The position numbers were made by a program, and so were the translations under genes. Below, piece by piece: positions 48,641-58,912 of a stretch of 64,000 nucleotides of DNA; the first letter of the stretch is position 1, and the number at the start of each line of letters is the position of its first letter. The notes below the pieces were generated by a model that ran no database searches, was not told the DNA's origin, and saw only the letters and a list, made by a program, of their open reading frames with translations. The DNA comes from Bacteroidota bacterium (lineage in GTDB: Bacteria; Bacteroidota; Bacteroidia; UBA4408), in NCBI GenBank assembly GCA_016721765.1, contig JADKHO010000004.1, forward strand, positions 288,088-352,087. The letters are read 5' to 3'.

Positions 48641-49882
48641 TTAATTTGCTTCCGCTCCCATACGAATTACTTGTGCAAGCGACTTCACCGCGCGTTCATG
48701 CTTTTTCACAAATGGGTTTTCTAAATCCCACACATACCCGGCTAAAACAGAGCAAATTTGCTTTTTAATCTCGGGATTTGAGGCTGCTCCTACAAAGAAA
48801 ATATCGTGTAAATCCCCATTGTACCAAGCGGATACATAGGTTCTAAAGGTATCAATTCCTTGCATCATGTAATCAGTATAGTCTTTTTGCCAATTTACTT
48901 TTTCTCCTTTAAGGAAAGCCCCAACTAACTTACCGGCTTTATTTCCGCTTTCCATAGCAAAGGTAACGCCGCTTGAAAATACTGGATCCAAAAATTCGGT
49001 CGCATTTCCGCATAGCACAAATCCATCCCCAAATAGTTGTTTAGTACTTATCGAATATCCTTCGATGGTGCGCGGTTCAAATACCATTTCTGCATCTTTA
49101 AATCGCTCGGCTGTATGTTCATTTGTGGCAACAATTCCGCGCATGCGCTCACTAAAATTTTCAGAAAATTCATTGTAAAACTCAGGATCTGCTACAAATC
49201 CAACAGAAGTAATTCCATTGCTAAACGGAATAATCCATATCCAGGTACGCTGTTGGTGCACCACTACTGTTATGCGGTTTCCATCAATTCCTTCGGGACG
49301 TTTTAAGTCCTTGAAATGTACAAAATGTGTTTTACGCGGTTCAAAATTAGATGGCTTATCCAATCCAAACATACGCGGAATTACACGGCCATAGCCACTT
49401 GCATCCACTATAAAGCGCGCCTCAATCTGCTTCTCAGTTCCGCTTTTGTCAACCACTGTGGTGGTTGAATCTGTTCCTCTAAATTCAATTTTAGTTACTC
49501 CGGTTTGGTGTTCTACCTCCACGCCCATTTCGGCAATTCCTTCCGAAAGCAACAAATCAAACTGTGCACGCGGCACTTGCCAGGTCCAATTCCAACCTTT
49601 TGTAAACTGGTCGGCAAAATTGAAATCGCAAACCTCCTTGCCCCGCACGAATTTAGCACCGAATTTTTCTTGAAAACCGGCCTTTTTAACGCGTTCCAAT
49701 AAACCGGCCTCGTCTAAGTGATCCATTACACGTGGCAATAAACTTTCTCCAATCACGAAACGCGGAAATTTTTCCTTTTCCACTACTTTTACTTTAAAGC
49801 CTTGCTTATGAATCATGCTGGCAGCAATACATCCGGCAGGACCTGCTCCAATAACTAATACGTCTACTTTTTCAGTGTTCAT
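48641..49882 (-). CDS. Flavin-dependent halogenase-like / geranylgeranyl-reductase-like FAD monooxygenase
   Basis: VDVLVIGAGPAG FAD motif and a WIWIIP (WxWxIP) motif. The ORF track begins at a TTG at 49906; the first ATG is at 49882. Confidence 0.6.
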   Translation of the reverse strand: MNTEKVDVLVIGAGPAGCIAASMIHKQGFKVKVVEKEKFPRFVIGESLLPRVMDHLDEAGLLERVKKAGFQEKFGAKFVRGKEVCDFNFADQFTKGWNWTWQVPRAQFDLLLSEGIAEMGVEVEHQTGVTKIEFRGTDSTTTVVDKSGTEKQIEARFIVDASGYGRVIPRMFGLDKPSNFEPRKTHFVHFKDLKRPEGIDGNRITVVVHQQRTWIWIIPFSNGITSVGFVADPEFYNEFSENFSERMRGIVATNEHTAERFKDAEMVFEPRTIEGYSISTKQLFGDGFVLCGNATEFLDPVFSSGVTFAMESGNKAGKLVGAFLKGEKVNWQKDYTDYMMQGIDTFRTYVSAWYNGDLHDIFFVGAASNPEIKKQICSVLAGYVWDLENPFVKKHERAVKSLAQVIRMGAEAN

Positions 49883-50065
49883 TTTGTTAAATTTCTTAGG
49901 TAACAAATTACTATAAATATTGTTTGCAAAAAACGCAACAATTATACATACAAATTGATTCGCGTCGGTATGATTTGAATCATAGCATTTACATCAACGA
50001 ATGGGAAATAATTCGCGAATGTGTCTAAAATCAACTTAAGCCTAGGCGTTATGGTTTAAATACTA

Positions 50066-50350
50066 ATCCTTTATCCTAGATTTATGCAAAATCGCTTCAA
50101 TTAATACAGCATCTTCTTTAACAGAAAATGCAATGAGCTAATCCTTGAAATAAATACATTTCAACTCAAAATTCCGGAATGTTTCATTATGACACATGCC
50201 GATTATTTTAGGAAAACTTAGCTTTATTTTGAGCTGCTGTTCAAATTTACTTAACCATCTTAAACCTGCGCCTTTAGTATTGTGCGCTTCAATAAAATTA
50301 ACCAAGCTTGCCAAAGATTCAACAGCATCATTGGTATAGTTAATTTTCAT
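50066..50350 (-). pseudogene. ParE/RelE-family toxin gene disrupted by an in-frame TAG at 50138-50140
   Basis: Reading through the TAG restores a ~95-codon ORF. The recovered C-terminal continuation, LIAFSVKEDAVLIEAILHKSRIKD, matches the toxin C-terminal pattern. Confidence 0.5.
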
Positions 50351-50577
50351 TGTAATCCTTTGCGGATAGATTGATGCGCCTTTTCCATGGAAATGCTGCC
50401 GCTTTCTCTGCTCTTACTAATTAATACCTTAATTTCCTTAGCCGAAAGACTCTCACCGGGCAAGAAGGATTTATTCTTATCCGCATCAACCAAAGTCAAC
50501 TCCAAACTATTTTCTTTTGCGAAATCGAACAGCTTTTTTAAATCCGATTTTTTAGCATTTCCCAATTGTAATAACAT
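50347..50577 (-). CDS. Putative antitoxin (76 aa) upstream of and overlapping the toxin gene
   Basis: ATGA overlap with the toxin ORF and small size. No specific family assigned. Confidence 0.35.
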   Translation of the reverse strand: MLLQLGNAKKSDLKKLFDFAKENSLELTLVDADKNKSFLPGESLSAKEIKVLISKSRESGSISMEKAHQSIRKGLQ

Positions 50578-50649
50578 TGCTTTGCTTTTAACGAAATATA
50601 ATAATAATTCAATAAATAAAACTCAATTTTAAGGTTAATTCATTATTCA

Positions 50650-52233
50650 CTAATTACTCTTAAACTCCCCAAAAACAGTGCGCATCACATCTGCAATTTC
50701 ACCTAAGGTAGCATAGTTTTCAGTAGCTTCCAAAATTATGGGCATCAGGTTGGTGTCGGCTTTAGCGGCAGATTCCAACTGTACTAAAAGTTCATTCACT
50801 TTCACATTATCGCGCTCAGACTTTACTTGATTTATCTTATCGATTTGCACTTTCCGAATGGAATCGTCAATTGTAAACGTATCTAAAATTGGTGCTTCAT
50901 CAATTTCAAACTTATTTACACCCACCAAAATTTTACTTCCATTTTGTATGTTGTTTTGATACTGATACGCAGATTTTGCAATTTCATTTTGGATGTAGCC
51001 TTCCTCAATCGCACTAACAGAGCCTCCCATAGCATCAATTTTACGAATATAGTCCCATGCTGCAGCTTCCACTTCATCGGTTAAGGCTTCCACAAAATAT
51101 GAACCTGCCAAAGGATCTACGGTATCGGCAGCGCCACTTTCGTAGGCAATAATTTGTTGTGTGCGCAAAGCAATGCGCGCTGCTTCCTCGGTTGGCAAGG
51201 CTATCGCTTCGTCAAAACCATTAGTATGCAAAGATTGTGTGCCACCCAAAACTGCTGATAGCGCTTGCGTAGTTACCCGCACAATATTATTTTGCGGTTG
51301 CTGTGCTGTTAAGGTACTGCCGCCGGTTTGTGTATGAAAGCGCAGCATCATAGCACGTTCATCGGTTGCGCCTAATTCGCGTGTAATGTGTGCCCACATT
51401 CTACGCGCCGCGCGAAACTTTGCCACTTCTTCAAATAAATTATTGTGTGCATTAAAGAAAAAGGACAATCGTTTCGCAAATACATTTATATCCAATCCCT
51501 TGTCAATCGCGGCTTTCAAATATGATTTTCCATTGGCTAAAGTAAAAGCTAATTCTTGAACTGCAGTAGAACCTGCTTCCCTTATGTGGTAACCGCTAAT
51601 TGAAATGGTATTCCATTTTGGCACTTCCTTGCTACAATATTCAAAAATGTCGGTAATGATGCGCATGCTGGGCTTTGGCGGATAAATGTATGTCCCCCGT
51701 GCTGCATATTCTTTTAAGATATCATTTTGAATAGTGCCCGAAATCTTTTTTAAATCGGCCCCTTGCTTTTTTGCTAAGGCAATATACATGCTGAGCAAAA
51801 TCGAAGCAGTAGAGTTAATGGTCATGGAAGTAGTTATATTCTCCAACTGAATTCCATCAAAAAGTATTTCTATATCCCGCAAGGAATCAATTGCTACGCC
51901 GGCCTTTCCCACTTCACCATCCGAAAATTCATGGCTGCTGTCGTATCCTATTTGTGTAGGTAAATCAAAAGCAACACTCAAGCCGGTAGTGCCGTTGTTT
52001 AATAAATAATGGTATCGTTTGTTGGATTCTTCGGCAGTGCTAAATCCGGCATATTGCCGCATGGTCCAAAGCTTGGAGCGATACATGGTTTCCTGCACCC
52101 CGCGGGTAAACGGGAACTTTCCGGGCTTTCCCAATCCTTCACTCACACCACCTGATTCAAAGGGAGAATAATCGGATTTTATTTCAATTCCCGAATCGGT
52201 TTCAAATTTTTCTTGTCTTAACTTTTCGCTCAT
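50650..52233 (-). CDS. Methylmalonyl-CoA mutase family protein, catalytic (substrate-binding) domain only
   Basis: Mutase TIM-barrel signatures [17 protein letters not shown]. It ends at 527 aa without the C-terminal B12-binding domain. Confidence 0.85.
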   Translation of the reverse strand: MSEKLRQEKFETDSGIEIKSDYSPFESGGVSEGLGKPGKFPFTRGVQETMYRSKLWTMRQYAGFSTAEESNKRYHYLLNNGTTGLSVAFDLPTQIGYDSSHEFSDGEVGKAGVAIDSLRDIEILFDGIQLENITTSMTINSTASILLSMYIALAKKQGADLKKISGTIQNDILKEYAARGTYIYPPKPSMRIITDIFEYCSKEVPKWNTISISGYHIREAGSTAVQELAFTLANGKSYLKAAIDKGLDINVFAKRLSFFFNAHNNLFEEVAKFRAARRMWAHITRELGATDERAMMLRFHTQTGGSTLTAQQPQNNIVRVTTQALSAVLGGTQSLHTNGFDEAIALPTEEAARIALRTQQIIAYESGAADTVDPLAGSYFVEALTDEVEAAAWDYIRKIDAMGGSVSAIEEGYIQNEIAKSAYQYQNNIQNGSKILVGVNKFEIDEAPILDTFTIDDSIRKVQIDKINQVKSERDNVKVNELLVQLESAAKADTNLMPIILEATENYATLGEIADVMRTVFGEFKSN

Positions 52234-52241
52234 TCGCTTGC

Positions 52242-52763
52242 TTAAAATATTTGTCTGATTTCTGCTTTCATTACTTCAATGGCATAATCGGTTGGGAGCT
52301 TGGCCACTTTCGTGGAAAGGTCCAAAATTACGGTACACAAATCCAATCCTGTAGCGTCGTCAGCTACCTTACTTGCTGAAATATTTATGGCTTTAATGGT
52401 TTCTTCTTTTGCATTTTTAACAGCATCCCAAGCTGCTTTACTCACATATATTTGTTGCGAAATATTGTGCTCATATTCATTTCGGATAGTGGTTAATAAT
52501 TCAGAATGCAACAAGCGCGCACTCATGCCCTGACGATGAACTCGCATAACCAGATTATTGATAGCAATACGCTCGCAAAACAGCACAATGCGTTCACAGG
52601 CTTGCAAACGAATAGGTGTTATGGTAGTTTGATTGTTCATTCGAATATCCGCCAACTTACTTTTGTATTCATTGTCCATGAAGGACTTTAAAATAAAATA
52701 AGAAGTAAGAAACACAATTAATGAAGGAACTGTGTACATGAGCATCGTTGCAAATGAATCCAT
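52242..52763 (-). CDS. Hypothetical membrane-anchored protein
   Basis: 173 aa with an N-terminal TM segment. Confidence 0.35.
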   Translation of the reverse strand: MDSFATMLMYTVPSLIVFLTSYFILKSFMDNEYKSKLADIRMNNQTTITPIRLQACERIVLFCERIAINNLVMRVHRQGMSARLLHSELLTTIRNEYEHNISQQIYVSKAAWDAVKNAKEETIKAINISASKVADDATGLDLCTVILDLSTKVAKLPTDYAIEVMKAEIRQIF

Positions 52764-52875
52764 AAAAATTTTTGGTTTGGTTAGACTATGAAACGGTAAA
52801 TATCGAAAAAATATTTTTCAGTGCTTTTTAATCCCGGATAAAATTCAAATTTGAAGCATTTACTATATTCGCTCA

Positions 52876-53652
52876 ATGGACTATTTTCTAATTTGTGTAG
52901 TTGCTTTAATCGGCTCAGGATTAACGCTCTTTTCGGGCTTTGGATTAGGAACTCTATTAGTTCCTGCCTTTGCTTTATTTTTCCCACTTCCGGTAGCCAT
53001 TTCTGCAACAGCATTGGTCCATTTATCGAACAATATTTTTAAATATTTTTTAATTGGCAAAAATGCTGATAAAAATGTGCTCATTCGTTTCGGAATACCT
53101 TCTGTATTGGCTGCACTTGCCGGCGCTTACCTGCTAGGTGAACTCAGCGATATGGAAGCCATTTATTCGTATACCCTTAGCGGGAAGATTTTTTCGGTGA
53201 TGCCGCTAAAACTCGTTATTGCAGTGTTAATGCTCGTTTTTGCGCTTTTTGAATTGATTCCGAAACTCGCGAATTTGCAATTTGACGAAAAATATTTATC
53301 CTTAGGTGGAGCTCTTTCCGGTTTTTTTGGTGGGCTCAGCGGCAATCAAGGCGCATTGCGAAGTGCTTTTTTGATGCGCTTGAATCTGAGCAAAGAAGCA
53401 TTTATTGGAACGGGTGTAGCAGTTGCTTGCATGGTTGATATTTCAAGGCTCACACTCTATTCAAGACAGTTATTTTTTAATCCTGAAGTGCACTTGAATT
53501 ATGCCTTACTTGCTGCAGCAACGCTCTGCGCCTTTACGGGAGCCTATTTTGGAAATAAAATTTTAAAAAAGATTACTTTAAATGCGGTGCAATTTATTGT
53601 AGCACTTATGTTGATTGTATTTTCGCTGCTCTTAGGATTAGGGATAGTTTAA
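52876..53652 (+). CDS. Sulfite exporter TauE/SafE family permease
   Basis: 258 aa with 8 TM segments and duplicated GxGGG-like motifs (GFGLGTLLVP; GFFGGLSGNQG). Confidence 0.8.
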   Translation: MDYFLICVVALIGSGLTLFSGFGLGTLLVPAFALFFPLPVAISATALVHLSNNIFKYFLIGKNADKNVLIRFGIPSVLAALAGAYLLGELSDMEAIYSYTLSGKIFSVMPLKLVIAVLMLVFALFELIPKLANLQFDEKYLSLGGALSGFFGGLSGNQGALRSAFLMRLNLSKEAFIGTGVAVACMVDISRLTLYSRQLFFNPEVHLNYALLAAATLCAFTGAYFGNKILKKITLNAVQFIVALMLIVFSLLLGLGIV

Positions 53653-53658
53653 GCTAAA

Positions 53659-54927
53659 CTACTCCAGTTCTTTTGTTTCGCTTTCCGAATCGGGCAACTC
53701 TAATAACTTAACCGATTGAATTGCGCTTCCTGCAATTCCTTTGATGGAGGCATGCATGTCGATCGTATTCAGCGTTACCTTTTCAATTTGTTTTTCACGC
53801 TTCTTCCAAATGGCTTGCATGGCTCTTTTTTCACTTTCTAAATCCACCTTCATGGTCGTAAATCCTTCTACAATTGCTTCTACTTGCAAACGAAATGTAT
53901 TCCCGGTAAGGTAGTCATACAACAAATGCATTTTATCGCCCTTGTTTTCTTGCGAAGAAATAGCATTGCTGATTTGTATTATTGATTCTCTCAAAACGGT
54001 ACACAAGCCTTTAAATTCCTCGAAGGAGCAAATCCAAATTCCATCTTTCAAGCCCATCCTATCCATCCCGGCAGGCATGGCGTCGGTAACCAATACGCCA
54101 ATATCAGAGCCTTTGACACGAATATCGCCCTTAAATTTTTCGATCCATCCGGCTTGGAAGTCTTTGGTGCGTTTGCTTTCATAATAGATGGAGCCACAAT
54201 TTTGTCGCAATCGCGTATTAATGTATTGTATGCAATCACCGCCCCTCGCTCCTTTTTTTATTTCCTCGATGGTATCCAATGGAAATTGGGCACTTAGCCA
54301 TTCTTCAATCGCCAACTCCATTACTTCTCCTTGCAGTTGCATAGAGCCTTGCTCCTGCTTGCGTTTCATCTCCTCGGTCAAACGTTTCTGATCTTCCAAC
54401 TGCTTTTGCATTTCCTTGAAACGTAGTTCATTTTTATCTTCCTCTGCCTTTCTTATTTTTTCTTTCTCCTCTATCAAAGTTTGATTGAGCCGTTTTTGGG
54501 CTTCCGCTTCAATTGCTTCTTTCATTTCCAGCTTTTCGCGTTTGAGTTTTTCGATTTCTGCTTTTGTTTTATTGAGTTCGTTTACTTGAAGTGTTTTTTC
54601 ATCCAACTCCTTTTTCATCAAAGCAATACTATCTGCTTGCTCCTCCTTAATTTTCTTTCCTAACTTTTCTTCCAGCAGCTTTTTTTCCTCCTTAATTTTT
54701 GCATCAAAACGCTCCTGAAATATTTCATTTTCCTTTTGTTTTTTTAACTCGAAATCTTGTTTCTCTTTTAACAGGGCAGCGTTTTTCTTTTCAAATTTAT
54801 CCTTCTCTTCATTTAACTGTGAATTAAATTTCTTCTTTAATTCTTCTTCTAATTGATGCGATAAAATATCTTGTACATCAATAGATGTACCGCAGTTGGG
54901 GCATTTTATTTGGGTGTTGTTGGACAT
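53659..54927 (-). CDS. DUF2130 family protein (zinc-ribbon, long coiled coil, C-terminal globular domain)
   Basis: Start MSNNTQIKCPNCGTSIDVQD, typical of DUF2130. The ORF track extends 20 codons further upstream, to 54987. Confidence 0.6.
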   Translation of the reverse strand: MSNNTQIKCPNCGTSIDVQDILSHQLEEELKKKFNSQLNEEKDKFEKKNAALLKEKQDFELKKQKENEIFQERFDAKIKEEKKLLEEKLGKKIKEEQADSIALMKKELDEKTLQVNELNKTKAEIEKLKREKLEMKEAIEAEAQKRLNQTLIEEKEKIRKAEEDKNELRFKEMQKQLEDQKRLTEEMKRKQEQGSMQLQGEVMELAIEEWLSAQFPLDTIEEIKKGARGGDCIQYINTRLRQNCGSIYYESKRTKDFQAGWIEKFKGDIRVKGSDIGVLVTDAMPAGMDRMGLKDGIWICSFEEFKGLCTVLRESIIQISNAISSQENKGDKMHLLYDYLTGNTFRLQVEAIVEGFTTMKVDLESEKRAMQAIWKKREKQIEKVTLNTIDMHASIKGIAGSAIQSVKLLELPDSESETKELE

Positions 54928-55102
54928 GACGTAACTGATTCTAAACTGGCGATTAAAATATTGGAATGATGTTGCTAAAATTAGCAATAAATCAACTCAT
55001 GACATGCAGCTCAGCTATTTTTAGTTGTTCATTTTAAATTTAAATACGTCCAATCAGAATCATGAAATCTTTCCCAAACAATCCTATATTTGAAAAAACA
55101 AA

Positions 55103-57376
55103 TTGAAAGTGACTGCGATTTTCAGGTTTTCTCTTTTTATAATAATACTCCTGGCATTTATCGCTAAATGCCAAGCTCAATTGCGCTATCAACCGCAGCG
55201 CATCGAAACGGATATTAAACTCGACGGCAAACTTACTGAACCCGAATGGGAATTGGCGACTCCGCTTAGTGATTTCATGCAAACATCACCATTACCCGGT
55301 GCCAATGCTACTGAACGAACCGAAGTGAAATTGCTTTATAACAACAGTTATCTCTGTGTAGGATTTCATTGTTATGATAGTGCAGCTTCCCAACTGGTGC
55401 GCTTTTTTATGGACCGTGATTTTCAATTGGGTAAAGATGATGGCATTTCAGTTCAACTAGATACCTATAACGATAAAAACACAGCAGTTGTATTTGTTAC
55501 CAATACCCTCAGCGCACGCTTCGATTCAGAAATTTCGGGCAATGGCGACAATATGAATGACGATTACAATAACTTTTGGGATGTAATGTCGGTGGTGGAT
55601 AGCAGCGGCTACACAGCTGAATTCAGGATTCCATTTTCCTCCTTACGCTTCGAGCAAAAGGAAAAAACAATTATGGGTTTTCGCTTTGCGCGATTAATTC
55701 GAAGAAAAAATGAACTCATTACTTATCCGCCTTGTGATTCCTCCCTTAAAAACAAATGGAACAATGTGAGCCAGGAAGCGGAATTAGAGTTTTTTAATCT
55801 TAAAACCAAAAAGCCAATCTACATTACTCCTTATGTAATTAGCAATTACGAGCAAATTAGTAAACTCAATGCAACACAAACGGATTACAATACAAGCTCC
55901 ACTTTTTTTACGCGAAAAAACTACCTGCACAACGAAACACTGGATAAAATTATTAGCAATTTGGGTGCCGATGTAAAGTATGGGATCACCAAAAATTTCA
56001 CGCTCAACCTCACGGTAAATACTGATTTTGCTCAAGCGGAAGCAGACAATCGGATTATAAATCTCAGTAAATATTCCATCAACCTACCGGAAAAAAGAAA
56101 TTTCTTTTTAGAATCGCAAAACTATTTGAATTATCAAGTAGGATACAATACACAAATTTTTAATTCCCGCCGAATTGGCCTCGAAAACCGTAGTGTTGTG
56201 CCAATCATTGGCGGAGTGCGCATTACCGGTAAAAAAAATGGATGGACAATTGGCGCTTTAAATATGCAAACCGCCGGAGTAAAGGAAAAAACAATACATC
56301 CCGAAAATTTTAGCGTGGCACGCCTTCGAAAATTCTACGATAACAAAGGCAGTTTTTGGGGAGGCATTATTACCAATCGCATTTCTACTGCACAGGATAA
56401 AGTTTCCAATCAAAGTGCCGGTATTGATTTGGTACATAAGTTTAACGACAAGTGGTCGGCCGGATTTGGTGTAGTTTCTACTTACGATACGGCTGTGAAA
56501 TCAAGCTTTGACAAAAACACCTTTATTAATTTGTTTGCATTTAAAAACGCAGGGCAAGGATTTACGCATGGACTGGATGTAGAAATTGTAGGTAAAAAAT
56601 TTAATCCCTCCATGGGTTTTAATCCGGAATCAGATTACGGATTTGTATCCCTTTCAAATGGACGCATTATGCGCATTAAAGGAGAACACGAAGTTAATTT
56701 CTGGAGCCTTAACTCCACTGTAGAATACCGCTGGAAATTGGAATCGGAATTAACGGAAACAAAATTTGCAAACTTGAACGGAAATATTCAATGGAAAAAG
56801 GGCTCTTCCATAACTGTTACACCCTTTTCATATAAAGAAGACCGGCTTTTTGACGATTGGCAATTAAGCGACCATATATTGGTGCCGCATGGTTATTATT
56901 ACATGTATGGTGCCGATGCCAATTTTTTATATGATGAATCCAAAAGTTACACATTTGAATTTAGTACCGGATACAGCAATTTTTACGGTGGAAATTTGTT
57001 CACCGCTAATCCTTCTGCTAATTATATTGTCAATCGCTTCATTCGTGTGGGTGCGAATTACGAGTTTAATGAAATTATATTTCCCAAAACATTTTCCGAC
57101 AATGAAAACGGAATCTATAAAAGCAATTTAATTGCACTAAATCTAACACTTACCCAATCAAGTAAATTCTCCATAAAATTGCTGGCACAATACGACGATA
57201 ATAGTGATTCCTTTGGTGGCAACCTCCGTTTTCGTTACAATCCGCGCGAAGGAACTGATTTGTTTATTGTTTACAATTCCTTACTCAATACACAACGCTT
57301 AGAAGCGAAGCCCACACAACCATTGGTAGATCAGCAAACCATAGTGGTAAAATATTCCTTTACGTTTGGATTATAG
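55103..57376 (+). CDS. DUF5916/CBM9-like domain outer-membrane-associated protein (TTG start)
   Basis: Signal peptide, then IKLDGKLTEPEW...YLCVGFHCYD (carbohydrate-binding family 9-like), and a long beta-rich C-terminal region ending in an aromatic residue. Confidence 0.5.
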   Translation: MKVTAIFRFSLFIIILLAFIAKCQAQLRYQPQRIETDIKLDGKLTEPEWELATPLSDFMQTSPLPGANATERTEVKLLYNNSYLCVGFHCYDSAASQLVRFFMDRDFQLGKDDGISVQLDTYNDKNTAVVFVTNTLSARFDSEISGNGDNMNDDYNNFWDVMSVVDSSGYTAEFRIPFSSLRFEQKEKTIMGFRFARLIRRKNELITYPPCDSSLKNKWNNVSQEAELEFFNLKTKKPIYITPYVISNYEQISKLNATQTDYNTSSTFFTRKNYLHNETLDKIISNLGADVKYGITKNFTLNLTVNTDFAQAEADNRIINLSKYSINLPEKRNFFLESQNYLNYQVGYNTQIFNSRRIGLENRSVVPIIGGVRITGKKNGWTIGALNMQTAGVKEKTIHPENFSVARLRKFYDNKGSFWGGIITNRISTAQDKVSNQSAGIDLVHKFNDKWSAGFGVVSTYDTAVKSSFDKNTFINLFAFKNAGQGFTHGLDVEIVGKKFNPSMGFNPESDYGFVSLSNGRIMRIKGEHEVNFWSLNSTVEYRWKLESELTETKFANLNGNIQWKKGSSITVTPFSYKEDRLFDDWQLSDHILVPHGYYYMYGADANFLYDESKSYTFEFSTGYSNFYGGNLFTANPSANYIVNRFIRVGANYEFNEIIFPKTFSDNENGIYKSNLIALNLTLTQSSKFSIKLLAQYDDNSDSFGGNLRFRYNPREGTDLFIVYNSLLNTQRLEAKPTQPLVDQQTIVVKYSFTFGL

Positions 57377-57472
57377 CGCTATCAACCTGCATCCATTCCT
57401 GTTCAGACAATTTTATTTTTGCACATATTTTAACACCTTAGTTTTGTATGAATTGATTCAAATTAAACACAC

Positions 57473-58786
57473 ATGAAAAAAATCTTACTTCTAAGTTTCT
57501 TCTTCTTTATACAGCAATTGTCTGCTTTTGCACAAGTTTCTTCACCAGCATTAATAGGCTATTGGCACAATTGGAACGATGTGAATGCACCTTATATTCA
57601 ACTCGATCAAATTGATTCGCGCTACACTGTAATTGAAGTTGCCTTTGCAGTACCTACTTCTCCTTCAGACATGACCATGCTTTTTACTCCGGATGGAATT
57701 TCACAAAGTAACTTTATTACAAAAGTTCAAAGCCTTCAAAATCAAGGTAAAAAAGTGTTGATTAGCATTGGTGGGGCAACTACAAGTATTGATTTAACAA
57801 GCCTTGCAAACAAAAACGCATTTATTTCTTCCATGACTAGCATTATCACAACTTATGGTTTTGATGGTATGGATATCGACATAGAAAATGGTAATTCCAT
57901 TTTAAATAGTGGTGGAACCATCGCCGCTCCAAGCAATGTGGCACAATTGAATTTAATTGCCGCCATACAGCAAATCATGACTAATTTTCGTACCAACCAT
58001 CAAAAAAAAATGCTGCTCACCATGGCTCCCGAAACCGCTTATGTACTTGGTGGTCAATCGGCTTTCGGCGGCATTTGGGGCGGATACTTGCCCATTATTG
58101 ATGCCTTGCGCGATTCGCTCGATATTCTTCAAGTACAACTATACAACAGTGGCTCCATGTATGGAATTGACGGCGGAATTTATACACAAGGAACAGCCGA
58201 TTTTATTGTAGCGATGACAGAAGCTTCAGTACATGGATTTGCAACAAGCGGTGGGTATTTCACTGGCATACCCGCTTCAAAAATTTCAGTTGGATTGCCG
58301 GCTTGCGCTAACGCTGCGGGCGGCGGTTTTGCTGATACTTTAATTGTAGCATCCGCTTTGAACTACCTTAAAGGACAAGGTCCAAAACCCGGTAATTACA
58401 CACTTTCACAAAGTAGTGGCTATCCAACATTATTGGGAATGATGACTTGGTCAATAAATTGGGATGCTATGAGCAATTGCAGCAGCAGCTATGCTTATGC
58501 TCAAAATTTTGAAAATATATTTTTAAACGCAAACGCTGCACCGGCAGCACAGTTTCCTTCTGCACACTTATCTGTGTATCCCAATCCTGCACAAACATCA
58601 ATCTCAATAAAATACACCGGAGAAATTAAATCTAAGACATACGCAACAGTCTATACTATTGTTGGAACAAGATTATTATCAAGCGAAATGAGTACTGAAA
58701 ACTCTAGTATCTCCATTGCTGATTTGCCGGCTGGAATATATTTATTGAAGTTTCAGAACACCTTTTGTCGCTTTGCAAAATATTAA
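57473..58786 (+). CDS. Glycoside hydrolase family 18 (chitinase-like) with T9SS C-terminal sorting domain
   Basis: GH18 catalytic motif FDGMDIDIEN and a C-terminal LSVYPNPAQTSISIKY...GIYLLKF. Confidence 0.8.
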   Translation: MKKILLLSFFFFIQQLSAFAQVSSPALIGYWHNWNDVNAPYIQLDQIDSRYTVIEVAFAVPTSPSDMTMLFTPDGISQSNFITKVQSLQNQGKKVLISIGGATTSIDLTSLANKNAFISSMTSIITTYGFDGMDIDIENGNSILNSGGTIAAPSNVAQLNLIAAIQQIMTNFRTNHQKKMLLTMAPETAYVLGGQSAFGGIWGGYLPIIDALRDSLDILQVQLYNSGSMYGIDGGIYTQGTADFIVAMTEASVHGFATSGGYFTGIPASKISVGLPACANAAGGGFADTLIVASALNYLKGQGPKPGNYTLSQSSGYPTLLGMMTWSINWDAMSNCSSSYAYAQNFENIFLNANAAPAAQFPSAHLSVYPNPAQTSISIKYTGEIKSKTYATVYTIVGTRLLSSEMSTENSSISIADLPAGIYLLKFQNTFCRFAKY

Positions 58787-58883
58787 ATGAGCTATAAATT
58801 TAGACCCTGCTGTAAACATATCCATGTTAGCAACATGTTGAATAATTGTTAAATCAAACACATGGCGCACGTGGTAATTCCTT

Positions 58884-58891
58884 AATTTTGC
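58884..58891 (+). promoter_or_regulatory. Candidate -7 element TAATTTTG upstream of the cyanophycinase gene
   Basis: Matches TAnnTTTG, 22 nt upstream of the ATG at 58913. Confidence 0.3.
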
Positions 58892-58912
58892 ATCCAACCA
58901 AAAAATAATTTC

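Noticed and set aside
55040-55282. 80 aa minus-strand ORF
   Set aside because: It is antisense to the start of the DUF5916 gene and the divergent promoter region, and the ORF is implausible.
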